A stretch of DNA of 64,000 nt, taken from Cytophagales bacterium (GTDB lineage: Bacteria; Bacteroidota; Bacteroidia; Cytophagales; Spirosomataceae). Numbering within the stretch: position 1 is the stretch's first letter; the number at the start of each line of letters is the position of its first letter. This document shows positions 29,301-38,665 of the stretch, piece after piece. The translations under genes and the position numbers were made by a program. The stretch spans positions 178,528 to 242,527 of the forward strand of contig JAAFJE010000004.1 of NCBI GenBank assembly GCA_013298025.1, written 5' to 3'. A model generated the notes under the pieces. That model had not been told where the DNA came from, did not search any database, and saw only the letters and a program-made list of their open reading frames with translations.

Positions 29301-29562
29301 TACAGGGGGCAACTTCGGAAACAATACTTATTACCTGTTTAGTAAAGACTATATTCGTTTGAAAAACATAGAATTAGGTTATACACTACCAAGTAACATC
29401 GTAGAAAAGCTAAAACTTGGAAGCTTGAGGGTATATGTGAATGCGTTAAACTTGTTTACAATAGACAAGAATAAGATATTCGACCCAGAAGCAACTGCAC
29501 AAAGCGGTGTATATTATCCGCAAGCACGCGTGATTAACACAGGTCTAAGTTTAACCTTTTAA
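26371..29562 (+). CDS. susC: SusC/RagA TonB-linked outer membrane protein
   Basis: EEVVVVGYGTQKK, ISVLKDASAAIYGARAANG, C-terminal YYPQARVINTGLSLTF; exact start uncertain. Confidence 0.96.
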   Translation: MIMFYQWKHQCAKVTFFALMLMITLSAQTFAQKVKGKVTDDKGLGLPGANILVKGTSTGTTSDANGFYSISADKKATLVISSVGFLTQEVDINNRSTVDVTLATDVKSLEEVVVVGYGTQKKVTVTGAVVAVQGDKIIKSPAVDISNSLAGRLPGLVVIQTSGEPGYDGATISIRGTNTLGNNSPLVVIDGIPDRDGGLGRLSPRDIESISVLKDASAAIYGARAANGAILVTTKRGKTGKPTITYDMNTGWSQPTRLPEMANAVEYAKIMNEIGIYKNIAVSEWGAAWKGIQTNGTYKATNGSTVNANYSPEAVQKYADGSDPWRYPNTDWFKDAFKTWSPQTRHNLQLSGGTESLRYMASLGYVSQDAYYKNSATSYSQYNFRTNLDAKVSKYISTNLGIMVRRELRKFPTESAGSIFRMLMRGRPTEPEVWPNGLPGPDIENGQNPYVITTNATGYIENPVDYVQSNGSVVITNPWVEGLKLTLSGAIDKNSGTNKVWQTPWTLYSWDKKTFQSDGVTPLLVGAVRSNFKDPRLTQSYSTTLNTNLTAMLNYDTKFGKDHSLSVLAGVTRETFAGEGFFAYRRNYISSAVDQLFAGGSLQQNTGGSAYNRARLGYYGRVQYNYKEKYLLEYIWRYDGSYIFPEAHRFGFFPGLLLGWNITNEDFFKVKGIDNLKLRASYGQMGNDQVFYNGALQEYAYLSTFGFGQYPINNQVVTTLQETVLANPDFTWEKANNYNIGLDGSFLNNRIDLTFEYFYNRRNQILIQKTGSTPSSSGINSLLPPVNAGIVDNKGFEFALGYNAKPTKDMSIRAAINGGYAKNRVVFMDEIPGAPSYQLQEGKPIGGYLVYQYDGVFKDVAEIDANKLDYSSVTSKLIPGDMKFKDVNGDGKINADDQIRLDENATPTFNFGATFDLRYKGFDLNILFQGATGSSIRIQTESGDIGNYLKYFNDNRWTIDNPSGVHPRLASRGDTYFTGGNFGNNTYYLFSKDYIRLKNIELGYTLPSNIVEKLKLGSLRVYVNALNLFTIDKNKIFDPEATAQSGVYYPQARVINTGLSLTF

Positions 29563-29574
29563 AATGGAATTTAT

Positions 29575-31458
29575 ATGAAGAACATTACTATAAGAGTCGG
29601 CTTATTCATAGCATTGATAGGCGGAACTTTATCTTGTGACAAAGATTTTTTAAACACGAAACCCTTAGATAAAATATCAAGTGCCGCAACGTGGTCGGAT
29701 GGGGCTTTATCTGAGGCATTTATTTTCAATGTTTATTCGTTTTTAGGGTACGGTGGTTTTGAAGAACAAGCTTTAGCTGCCTATACCGACGAAGCCATGT
29801 TTACCCACGCTGGTCGTAACATCAATACTTTCACCGAAGGCTCAGAAACCCCAAGTAACCTTGCTTGGCAAAGTGATACCTATCGTTGGGACAGAATGTA
29901 CTTAGCCATTCGTGAAGCAAACGTAGCTTTAGAAAATTTACCTAAATCAACTTTTACTGATGCTGTACTTAAAGAAAGATTGATGGGTGAAGCCTATTTC
30001 TTGCGTGCTTATTACTATCACCAATTGCTCCGTTTTTATGGCGGTGTACCTTTGATTAGCAAAGCATACGGCCTTAACGAAGATTATACGGTAGCCCGTA
30101 ATACTTTCGATGAATGTGTGAAGTTTATCATCAGCGACCTCGATAATGCAACCAAAATGTTGGATGGCAAACCCAATACACCCGGTCGTGCTACAAAGCT
30201 TGCTTCAATGGCACTAAAAGCTCGTGTATTGTTGTATGCTGCAAGCGACCTACACGATGGCCCTACAGCAAAAGCCAAATCTAGCTTGCTTGCTGGCTAT
30301 TCTAATATCGAGCTAGTGGCTTATCCTTCGGGCGACCGTGCCGCTAGATGGGCTGCGGCAAAAGCTGCTGCAAAAGCGGTACTTGATGCGTCGTCGGGTT
30401 ATAAACTTAACCTTACAGCACCAGTGTCGGCAGAAGATGGTAAAAACAATTATATTGCCATTGCGATGGGTGGCCAAAGTGCCGCAGCCGATGCCGCAGC
30501 ATCCTCAGAGTTGATTTTCCAACGTACCCATACGGCCCTCTTTACACAGGAAGATAACTGGCCTTTGGGTGGTATTCACTATGGTATCAACAATGGACCA
30601 AACGGCTATCACAACTGGGCTGGTAATACGCCAATTCAACAATTGGTTGATGACTACGAAATGATGGATGGAAGTAAGTTTGACTGGAGCAAGCCTGCTC
30701 ATAAAGCAGCACCTTACGAAAACCGTGACCCTCGTTTCTATGCTTCTATTTTGTATGATGGTGCTACTTGGAAACCTCGCCCTTCTGACGTAGCTCCACT
30801 CGACCCTGCTAACCAAATTCAGACGGGATACTACGACGATGGTAAAGGAGGAATGATTAATGGTATCGACACACGTGAATCGGCGGTTGAAAACTGGAAT
30901 GGTAGCCGTACACACTACTATACTCGTAAGTTTATCGACCCAAACCCTGCCTTGGCTGATAACCAATCGTCTGCTCAGGTGATTCCTTGGCCATTTATCC
31001 GTTATACAGAAATGGCCTTGAACTATGCGGAGGCTTGTATCGAAACTGGCGATGAAACAGAAGCAAGAAACTGGATTAACAAAATCAGGTTCCGTTCAGG
31101 AATGCCAGCAATTACCGATAATGGTGCAGCTTTAAAAGATAGACTTCGTAACGAACGCCGAATCGAATTGGCTTACGAAGAACATCGTTACCATGATGCT
31201 CGTCGTTGGATGATTCCACAAAATACGGTGGGTAGAGGTATTAAATCTATCCATATCGAGGCAAAACTCAAGTCTGGTATGTCGGCTCCTGCGATTTATA
31301 AATACGATAAGAGCAGATACGATTATTCTTATACTGTAGAAGATAATACGTCTAACGAAACACGCCAATGGAACGATAAAATGTATTATCGTGCTTTGAG
31401 CCGTGATGAAGTAAAACGAAATCCAAAACTTGTACAAAACCCAGGATTTACGCAATAA
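29575..31458 (+). CDS. susD: RagB/SusD nutrient-binding lipoprotein
   Basis: Lipobox LSC, GEAYFLRAYYY, RNERRIELAYEEHRYHDARRW, QNPG. Confidence 0.96.
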   Translation: MKNITIRVGLFIALIGGTLSCDKDFLNTKPLDKISSAATWSDGALSEAFIFNVYSFLGYGGFEEQALAAYTDEAMFTHAGRNINTFTEGSETPSNLAWQSDTYRWDRMYLAIREANVALENLPKSTFTDAVLKERLMGEAYFLRAYYYHQLLRFYGGVPLISKAYGLNEDYTVARNTFDECVKFIISDLDNATKMLDGKPNTPGRATKLASMALKARVLLYAASDLHDGPTAKAKSSLLAGYSNIELVAYPSGDRAARWAAAKAAAKAVLDASSGYKLNLTAPVSAEDGKNNYIAIAMGGQSAAADAAASSELIFQRTHTALFTQEDNWPLGGIHYGINNGPNGYHNWAGNTPIQQLVDDYEMMDGSKFDWSKPAHKAAPYENRDPRFYASILYDGATWKPRPSDVAPLDPANQIQTGYYDDGKGGMINGIDTRESAVENWNGSRTHYYTRKFIDPNPALADNQSSAQVIPWPFIRYTEMALNYAEACIETGDETEARNWINKIRFRSGMPAITDNGAALKDRLRNERRIELAYEEHRYHDARRWMIPQNTVGRGIKSIHIEAKLKSGMSAPAIYKYDKSRYDYSYTVEDNTSNETRQWNDKMYYRALSRDEVKRNPKLVQNPGFTQ

Positions 31459-31572
31459 TTGACTTGTACGAAGGATTGTCCGCATAATGATAGTGCTTTG
31501 TTTGCTATCTAAAAGGAATTTCATCTTTCGTAAAACCCTGATTCGTGTATAGGACTTTCTTTTTGTAATTTT

Positions 31573-31612
31573 CCAAGAATCTATCTTTTTTAAGGATAGA
31601 TTCTTGGTTTTG
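31573..31612 (+). terminator. terminator-like hairpin after susD
   Basis: CCAAGAATCTATC...GATAGATTCTTGG followed by TTTT. Confidence 0.6.
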
Positions 31613-31661
31613 TATTAATACGCTCAAATCTTTGCTAATGCTAACCTCTTTTTCCCTCAAT

Positions 31662-32993
31662 ATGAAACACATATACTATTATATATTTTTTACATCCCTT
31701 GTTTTTTGCTTGTCGTGTCATCATGTTCCTCAGCTATCAGAACAAGATTATGCCACTCGTTGGGCAGAAATGACGCTGTTTATTACCAAAAATACACCTG
31801 CCAATTCGCCAACTTATGCTTCAAGGTGCTTGGGCTATATTGGACTAACCATGTACGAATCGGTGGTACATAGTAATCCAAAGTATGTTTCAATGAATGG
31901 ACAATTGGATAGTTTGTCGTCATTGCCTTTACCCGAAAAAGGAGTAAAATACGATTGGATTTTATCTTTGAATGCCGCACAAGCTGAAATTTTACGTTCC
32001 ATTTACCAACAAACTTCCGACCAAAATAAAGCAAAAATTGATTCTTTGGAACAAATACTCGAAGCGTCGAGAATCGCAGAAATTCAAGACACAAGTATTA
32101 TTGAAAGGTCAAAAAAATATGGTCGTCAAGTGGCTCAACAAATTTTTGCTTGGTCGAAAACAGACGGAGGACATCGAGGCTATTTGAAAAACTTCGATAA
32201 AAAAATGGTGCATCCAAATCGACTTGGAGCTTGGAAACCACCACTTTACGGGCAATCGTTTAGCCATTTTCCATTACATCCGCATTGGGGCGAGAATAGA
32301 ACTTTTTTGCGTATCAATCATCGTGTAGAAGCACCACGCCCAATTCCTTTTGATAGTTTGCCACAATCGGCTTATTACCAACAATTTTTGGCAGTGTATC
32401 GTCAAAACAAAGCCCTTACCCAAGCGAATAAAGAAGCCGCAATATGGTGGGGCGACGACCCAGATGAAACTTTCACACCTCCTGGGCATTCGTATTATTT
32501 GGCAACGTTGGTCATTAAACAAAGAAAACCTTCGCTGATTACTTGTGCCGAAACTTATGCCAAAGTAGGCATGGGCGTAGCAGATGCCTTTACGAATTGC
32601 TGGAAATGGAAGTATCAGTTTTTTACCGAGCGTCCGAATACTTTTATCCCACAGTACATTGATAAACATTGGGAATCTTTTTGGCCAGACCCGCCTTTTC
32701 CTGCTTTTCCATCAGGTCATGCTATACAAGCGGCTACTACGGCTACTATTTTGGCAGATTTATTTGGAGAAAAATTTGAATTTACCGACGACGCTCACGT
32801 TGGACGAAAACCCGATGCACTCAGAAAAGTCGATTTTAAAGCTCGACATTTTACTTCTTTTTGGCAAGTGGCCGAAGAAACGGCAAAGTCGAGATTTTAT
32901 GGTGGAATTCATACGCCACAAGATAACGAAGCTGGACTTTCTAAAGGTAAAGAAATAGCCAAAAACATCAATCATTTGCATTGGCATCAATAA
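31662..32993 (+). CDS. vanadium-dependent haloperoxidase / PAP2 superfamily lipoprotein
   Basis: WKWKY...ERP, PPFPAFPSGH and SRFYGGIH vanadate/phosphate-binding motifs; lipobox LSC. Confidence 0.85.
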   Translation: MKHIYYYIFFTSLVFCLSCHHVPQLSEQDYATRWAEMTLFITKNTPANSPTYASRCLGYIGLTMYESVVHSNPKYVSMNGQLDSLSSLPLPEKGVKYDWILSLNAAQAEILRSIYQQTSDQNKAKIDSLEQILEASRIAEIQDTSIIERSKKYGRQVAQQIFAWSKTDGGHRGYLKNFDKKMVHPNRLGAWKPPLYGQSFSHFPLHPHWGENRTFLRINHRVEAPRPIPFDSLPQSAYYQQFLAVYRQNKALTQANKEAAIWWGDDPDETFTPPGHSYYLATLVIKQRKPSLITCAETYAKVGMGVADAFTNCWKWKYQFFTERPNTFIPQYIDKHWESFWPDPPFPAFPSGHAIQAATTATILADLFGEKFEFTDDAHVGRKPDALRKVDFKARHFTSFWQVAEETAKSRFYGGIHTPQDNEAGLSKGKEIAKNINHLHWHQ

Positions 32994-33019
32994 AATTAAC
33001 CTAACCAACCATTGATACT

Positions 33020-34753
33020 ATGATTAAAACTTTACAAAAGTATGGGCTTCTCCTTGTTTTTGGCGGACTGCCTTTGGCTACCGTTTCAGCCCAAAAACAT
33101 TTTACCGACGTTACACAACAGGCTGGTATCAAGCATCACTATGAAGTATTTGAAGGCTTTTTGGGAGGCGGTGCTTGTGTGTTGGACATCAATAATGATG
33201 GTTTCGACGACCTTTTTCTGACTGGCGGCATGACCGACGATGTACTTTATTTGAACAACCGAAACGGTACATTTACGAATATTTATGCTAAATCGGGCTT
33301 GGCACTCACCAAAAAATTCATGACCCAAGGGGCAGTGGCAGCCGACGTTAACCGAGATGGGTGGGTAGATTTGTACATCACAACCATTACTTCAAAAGGC
33401 TCAAAAAAGGTCATTCCACGAGCCATTAATCTTTTGTTTCTGAATAACAAAAACAATACTTTCAGAGATGTGACCAAAGAATATGGCTTAGGCGAATTGA
33501 ACTCTTTCAGTACAGGAGCAAATTTTGGCGACATCAATGCCGATGGTTTTCCAGATTTGTATGTGGGAAATTACTTTACTTCGTATCCGGGCGATTTGAG
33601 TAGCATCAATATCAACGATTCACAAATTGTAAGTGCAAGCCAAATTGCCGAAGGCTTTTTGTTGCTCAATCAAGGCGGAAAAGGATTCAAGAATGTTTAT
33701 AAAGATTACGGACTGTCGCACAAAGGTTTTGGTTTCGGAGGTGTTTTCACCGATTTCGACAACGATGGCTACCAAGATTTGATAGTAAACCACGATTTTG
33801 GCTATAAAAAAACGCCAAATTTACTTTTGAAGAATCAATTTCCTTTTAAATGGTTTAATGATGTTGGCCCACAAACGGGCATGGATTTGAAAATCAATTC
33901 GATGGGAACAGCCGTGGGCGACTACAACAACGACGGTCTGATGGACTATTTTTTCACCAATATTCGTTTCAATAAATTTATGGTGAACAATGGTGTCGGA
34001 AAACCTTTTTCAGAAAAGTCTTTAGAATTGGGTGTAAATACCATTACGATTACTTGGGGGGCAAATTTTGCCGATTTCGACCACGATGGCGACCTTGATT
34101 TGTTCATGGCAAATGGTGATTTAAACCCCAATTGTACGCCTATTGCTGATTTTTATTTTGAAAATACAGGTAAAAAATTTGAAGAAAAAGGCGGACTCAT
34201 TGGCTTAAACGACTACGGCATAGGTAGAGGCTCTGTCGTTTTTGATTTAGAAAATGATGGCGATTTAGACCTTTTGGTCGTCAACCAAAAACCAGTTTTA
34301 CGGGGTTATCCAACAGAATCGGAAACTCATTTGTTCAGAAATGATGGAGCAAAAGGTAATTGGCTCAAAATTGCCTTGAAAGGTACACAAGCCGAAACGC
34401 ATGGCTTGGGTTCTAAAGTTGAAATTGTGGTGAATGGACAGCATCAAATTAGAGAAATTGATGGTGGAGGCTCAAGTCATTTATCACAAAATGCCAGTCA
34501 TGCCCATTTTGGCATTGGCAATGCTACGCAAATTGATAAAGTAATTGTGCATTGGACAGGTGGCTATCGTCAAGTATTAACAAATGTTAAAGCCAATCAA
34601 CTACTTGTAGTAACGGAGGAGGAACACATCAACCGTTGGGAGTGGATACAAAAAGGACTTTGGCTGGCATTATTCTTGTTGGTTGGGGGCGTATTATGGG
34701 TAATCCGTAAAATCATTTACAGAAATAAACGCGCCTCTGCCAAAGCTCAATAA
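33020..34753 (+). CDS. CRTAC1 family protein (FG-GAP + ASPIC/UnbV) with C-terminal TM anchor
   Basis: DxNxDG repeats, GNWLKIALKG...GSKV...HFGIG, hydrophobic C-terminal helix followed by a basic tail. Confidence 0.88.
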   Translation: MIKTLQKYGLLLVFGGLPLATVSAQKHFTDVTQQAGIKHHYEVFEGFLGGGACVLDINNDGFDDLFLTGGMTDDVLYLNNRNGTFTNIYAKSGLALTKKFMTQGAVAADVNRDGWVDLYITTITSKGSKKVIPRAINLLFLNNKNNTFRDVTKEYGLGELNSFSTGANFGDINADGFPDLYVGNYFTSYPGDLSSININDSQIVSASQIAEGFLLLNQGGKGFKNVYKDYGLSHKGFGFGGVFTDFDNDGYQDLIVNHDFGYKKTPNLLLKNQFPFKWFNDVGPQTGMDLKINSMGTAVGDYNNDGLMDYFFTNIRFNKFMVNNGVGKPFSEKSLELGVNTITITWGANFADFDHDGDLDLFMANGDLNPNCTPIADFYFENTGKKFEEKGGLIGLNDYGIGRGSVVFDLENDGDLDLLVVNQKPVLRGYPTESETHLFRNDGAKGNWLKIALKGTQAETHGLGSKVEIVVNGQHQIREIDGGGSSHLSQNASHAHFGIGNATQIDKVIVHWTGGYRQVLTNVKANQLLVVTEEEHINRWEWIQKGLWLALFLLVGGVLWVIRKIIYRNKRASAKAQ

Positions 34754-34912
34754 ATACTTGCTTTTTAGTATTTTAATTGCTAATATAGCACTTATTTATT
34801 TTTTTTTATGAAAAATGCAAGCTTTGATAACTAAGCAAAATTATAAAGATTTTTATTATTGATATTTTAACAAGTGTTAGAACAAAAGGGAGTGTATATT
34901 ACGCTTCCTTTT

Positions 34913-35284
34913 TTATTGCCATAGTAACATCTTGATTTTGGGTAAGAAAATAATGACTCCTACTACAACGGCAAAAATAGCTCCCAACAATACCGCCCCT
35001 GCGGCTACGTCTTTGGCTTTGCCTGCCAACGGATGAAATTGAGGCGAAACCAAATCTACAAGGGCTTCTATAGCCGTGTTGAGGGCTTCTAAAATCCACA
35101 CCAAGGCAATGGCGGTGGCTATCCAAAGCCATTCGCTAGAGGTAAGTGAAAAGTAAAAACCAAGGGCTGTCACAAGCAAGGTTGCTATCAAATGAATGCG
35201 GGCGTTGTTTTCATTTTTTACCATTGTGGCAATTCCTTTGAGGGCAAAACGTGTACTTTTAATGAATTTTGGCAAGTCAATCAT
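34913..35284 (-). CDS. dgkA: diacylglycerol kinase family protein (DgkA/UdpK)
   Basis: ENNARIH, EALNTAIE..VD, AKDVAAGAVL. Confidence 0.9.
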   Translation of the reverse strand: MIDLPKFIKSTRFALKGIATMVKNENNARIHLIATLLVTALGFYFSLTSSEWLWIATAIALVWILEALNTAIEALVDLVSPQFHPLAGKAKDVAAGAVLLGAIFAVVVGVIIFLPKIKMLLWQ

Positions 35285-35403
35285 AAGTTGGGATATTAGC
35301 GTTGTAGGCTAGATGATATTCGTTGAGCCTGAAATTTTACGCAAGTTCAAATCACTACTACAAAGAAATAAAACTTATCCATGAATTACCTCAATGTATG
35401 GAT

Positions 35404-35448
35404 GAAAAATAGCAGCTTGCCTACTTTTATAGGCAAGCTGCTATTTTC
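35404..35448. terminator. long perfect hairpin terminator after creD
   Basis: GAAAAATAGCAGCTTGCCTA...TAGGCAAGCTGCTATTTTC. Confidence 0.8.
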
Positions 35449-35451
35449 AAA

Positions 35452-36864
35452 CTATTCTTTTTTGGCGTAAGCACTGTACCAATCTATATTTCTGGTGAGG
35501 TACATCACTACTGCCAAAATGACAAGTAAACCGATGCTGCCAAGTAGTAATGCGTAATCTTCTAATTGTAATAATGAGTAGAAAAACCCGTACAACAAGG
35601 CAAGTATGCTATTGAATATCAGTGTTGTATAGCCATTTTTGAAAATACCGAAAGTGTAAAATGTCACCAACGTAAGAATTGCAATACATCCGATAAGGTA
35701 AGCGAGGTTGAAAGAAAGATGCTCTGAAATAGCCAGTAAGAGCACATAAAATAAACAAATCGCAAAGCCTACCAAAAGGTATTGAATAGGATGTAGGCGT
35801 TTTTTATTGATGATTTCTACGAAGAAAAAGGCAATAAAAGTAATCACGATAAACATCAAATTATACTTGGTCGAACGCATCGTTTTTTGGTACTCGTCAA
35901 CGGGCAACAGTAATTTTACGCCAAAAGTGGTTTGTTCTTTACTCATACGTCTGTTGCCATCTGCATACGCTACATCTACAGCATCTTGGGCGTTGTCTTC
36001 CTGATAATCACTACTTAATCCAACAAAATTCCCAACGCCTTGCTGAGGATAATTCCTGTTGAGGTGCAATTCATGCCATACGGCTTTAAAGCCTTTTTCA
36101 CTTACTTGCCGCTCGTCGGGTAGCGACGCTCCTACAAAACTTGGCGTTCCCCAAGTCGATTCGAGGGTTACGTTGGTTGTTTTGCCAAAAGGTAAAAAGT
36201 CTATGGCTTTACTGCCATTCAAATTGATTAAGGCATCAAATTTAATGCTTGCACTCGATACATCAACAGGACAACTTACGCCTGCTTCAAACAAATCGTT
36301 TGATTCTATTCCCGAATCTACTTCCGTATCTTTTCCATTGATTTTCAAACGAATAGTCTCTTTTACGCCTTTCATATCGGTAATACCAAAAGAGATAAAT
36401 GCTTCCGACAATAAAAATCTTTCTTTCGGAATTTTCAGCAAATTAATGTCAGGTTTTTTGAAAAGCCCTTCTACGTGCAACTGGGCGTTGTAGAGCATGA
36501 CCACATAAATTCCCCTGTATCTTTTTTCAGGAATCAGTTTTCCTGTAATGTTGAGTTGTTCTGGTAAAAAGTGTGCATACGCAATCACCGTCGATTTTTT
36601 CCCTTTGTCATCTTCCTCCACAGTGGTATAAGGAATAGTAATGACCGCCCCCCCAACGGTCTGGCGATTGCCCCATTTAGAGGTGATTTCTTCAACGGCA
36701 TTATCTCTCGTAGCTTGTCGTTCACGCACCAAACTTTCTAGCATAGAAGCTGGAATCATCAACAACAGCATGAGGATAAAAATGGTAAAAAGTTTGAGCA
36801 TCACAGAGCTTTTTACCCAATTATTAAAACGTTCAAAAAGCGATACTTTTTCAGTTGTTTCCAT
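35452..36864 (-). CDS. creD: cell envelope integrity protein CreD
   Basis: WGNRQTVGG, RYRGIY, WGTPSFVG..LP, YQKTMRSTKY, HPIQYLLVG, EDYALLLGS. Confidence 0.93.
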   Translation of the reverse strand: METTEKVSLFERFNNWVKSSVMLKLFTIFILMLLLMIPASMLESLVRERQATRDNAVEEITSKWGNRQTVGGAVITIPYTTVEEDDKGKKSTVIAYAHFLPEQLNITGKLIPEKRYRGIYVVMLYNAQLHVEGLFKKPDINLLKIPKERFLLSEAFISFGITDMKGVKETIRLKINGKDTEVDSGIESNDLFEAGVSCPVDVSSASIKFDALINLNGSKAIDFLPFGKTTNVTLESTWGTPSFVGASLPDERQVSEKGFKAVWHELHLNRNYPQQGVGNFVGLSSDYQEDNAQDAVDVAYADGNRRMSKEQTTFGVKLLLPVDEYQKTMRSTKYNLMFIVITFIAFFFVEIINKKRLHPIQYLLVGFAICLFYVLLLAISEHLSFNLAYLIGCIAILTLVTFYTFGIFKNGYTTLIFNSILALLYGFFYSLLQLEDYALLLGSIGLLVILAVVMYLTRNIDWYSAYAKKE

Positions 36865-36937
36865 AATTTTTGTATTGATTGGTTATGTAATGAATTGAAC
36901 GAAATTTTTAGAAATAATATTTTTAAAAATACAAATT

Positions 36938-36954
36938 ACTTTGAATTTCAAAGT
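36938..36954. promoter_or_regulatory. palindromic operator ACTTTG-N5-CAAAGT upstream of creD
   Basis: ACTTTGAATTTCAAAGT; a second copy ACTTTGCATTACAAAGT is at 37961-37977. Confidence 0.65.
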
Positions 36955-36988
36955 TTATTTTTTCAAAAAAACGAATCCCTAAGATTCG

Positions 36989-37297
36989 TTATAATGTACC
37001 TTTTATCAGGGCTTCGAGAGCGTTGAGGTGGTCTTGAAAAGCCTGTCGCCCTTCGGGTGTTGCTTTGAAAGAGGTATTGGGTTTTTTACCGATAAACGCC
37101 TTTCGCACCTGAATGTACTTTTCTTTCTCCAAAGCGGTAATATGCGAAGCCAAATTGCCGTCGGTAACGTTGAGCGTTTCTTTTAATTCGTTGAAATCAA
37201 CCCACTCGTTTACCATCAAGACCGACATCACACCTAGCCTTACCCGATTTTCAAAAGCTTTATTTATGTTTGAAATGATTGTTTGCATCGTAGTCAA
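36989..37297 (-). CDS. winged-helix transcriptional regulator (HTH_34-like)
   Basis: AFENRVRLGVMSVL...DFNELKE...TDGNLASH...K.FIGKKPNT. Confidence 0.9.
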   Translation of the reverse strand: MTTMQTIISNINKAFENRVRLGVMSVLMVNEWVDFNELKETLNVTDGNLASHITALEKEKYIQVRKAFIGKKPNTSFKATPEGRQAFQDHLNALEALIKGTL

Positions 37298-37338
37298 TTT
37301 GATAATTTTGCGTACAAAATAATTACCAAATCTTCAAA

Positions 37339-37950
37339 TCAAGATTCATATTTACGGTACATGAGCAAGCCATAAACAATATGCACAAGCCCAAAGCCCA
37401 ATGCCCAAAAAAGTAATTCTAGCTTCCAGTTGCTAAAAAAACCACAGACCAAGCCTAGTCCAATCTCAATATATCCCACATAACGAACGTCTTCGTAGGT
37501 ATATTTCGAGGCATTGACCAGTGCCAAGCCATAAAAAACTAAGGTGGCGGCATCTATCAAATGGGGAGCGTTGTTGAGCAATATCAAGCAAAAAAGGCCT
37601 CCCGTTGCCAGTGGCACAGCCATATTAACAAAAAGCCTTTGGGAAGTATGATCCCATATTTTTGCTTTTTTCTTTTTGGCATTTCTGATGCTAAAATACA
37701 TCGCAAAACTAAGGGAAAGAATCAATACAATTAGCCCATCAATAAAAATATATTCTATCAAAGGCATATTGTGGCTCAAATCCAAGTCGTTTGTGGGGTT
37801 GTCGGCAAGGATTCGGTTATAGGCCAAAAACGCACCAATCAACGCAAAAGAGCCAGCAGAAATCCCTGCCAAACCGCTCAAAGAAATAAATTTGCTCGAA
37901 CGTTCCATCATAGAACGTATTTCCGAAATGTCTTGTAAATGCTGATTCAT
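37339..37950 (-). CDS. conserved membrane protein (co-occurs with HTH_34/creD)
   Basis: DISEIRSMMERSSKFISLSGLAG...LALVNASKYT...HIVYG; multi-TM. Confidence 0.8.
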   Translation of the reverse strand: MNQHLQDISEIRSMMERSSKFISLSGLAGISAGSFALIGAFLAYNRILADNPTNDLDLSHNMPLIEYIFIDGLIVLILSLSFAMYFSIRNAKKKKAKIWDHTSQRLFVNMAVPLATGGLFCLILLNNAPHLIDAATLVFYGLALVNASKYTYEDVRYVGYIEIGLGLVCGFFSNWKLELLFWALGFGLVHIVYGLLMYRKYES

Positions 37951-37960
37951 TTTTCAAAAT

Positions 37961-37977
37961 ACTTTGCATTACAAAGT
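37961..37977. promoter_or_regulatory. palindromic operator, second copy
   Basis: ACTTTGCATTACAAAGT, 11 bp upstream of the ATG at 37950. Confidence 0.65.
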
Positions 37978-38016
37978 AAATTTTAAAAAAATAAAATTCC
38001 AAGTATTTTTGAAATT

Positions 38017-38664
38017 TTATTCAAACGAAAGATTTCTTAACGTCATTTCGTAGGCGGTGACGTATTCTTTTACGGGTTCTGGTTCTAAACCAAAATCAAT
38101 GGCTTTGATTCGTTCTGAAATATATTGTTTACGCCAATCTTTCACATAATTTAAGCCTAAAGTATCTATCATTTCTGCAATTCTTTCGATTGAATGCTCG
38201 TCAAGATTTGGATTTGGATAAAAAATATGGGTCTCATGATTGTAAGCCAATAAGGCAAAAGGGTCATATTCTGGGTTATCTGGTTTCAGAATAGTATCTA
38301 CGGTTTTCGTACTTTTCTTTCGGTTGATTTTACTTTCAACCATCAATAAATTATCCCATAACCATGCTTTATTCTCTTTTAGGCTTTCATCAAAATGTTC
38401 TAATTCACCAAAATGAAAAGGTATTGAATTTATATACCGCCCTTCCTCAGACCAGTTTTCTGCTTCTAAACCACTGAGCAAAATAGCTTTTTCAGTATAA
38501 GCACACAAGCCATTTTGACAATAATACAGATTCATCACAATGTCTTTGTAGAATGAAAATTTGCTTGAATTGTATTTTGGATGAACTTCTTGCTTATGTT
38601 CCAAGGCTTCTTCCCATGCTTTGTAAACCTTGGAAAGGATAATAGACTTATCAATTTTTCTCAT
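38017..38664 (-). CDS. HNH-type endonuclease (PtuB-like)
   Basis: CAYTE...EHFD...WDNLL...IN followed by LKPD..YDP..LL; 1 nt from the upstream ATPase stop. Confidence 0.75.
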   Translation of the reverse strand: MRKIDKSIILSKVYKAWEEALEHKQEVHPKYNSSKFSFYKDIVMNLYYCQNGLCAYTEKAILLSGLEAENWSEEGRYINSIPFHFGELEHFDESLKENKAWLWDNLLMVESKINRKKSTKTVDTILKPDNPEYDPFALLAYNHETHIFYPNPNLDEHSIERIAEMIDTLGLNYVKDWRKQYISERIKAIDFGLEPEPVKEYVTAYEMTLRNLSFE

Positions 38665-38665
38665 G

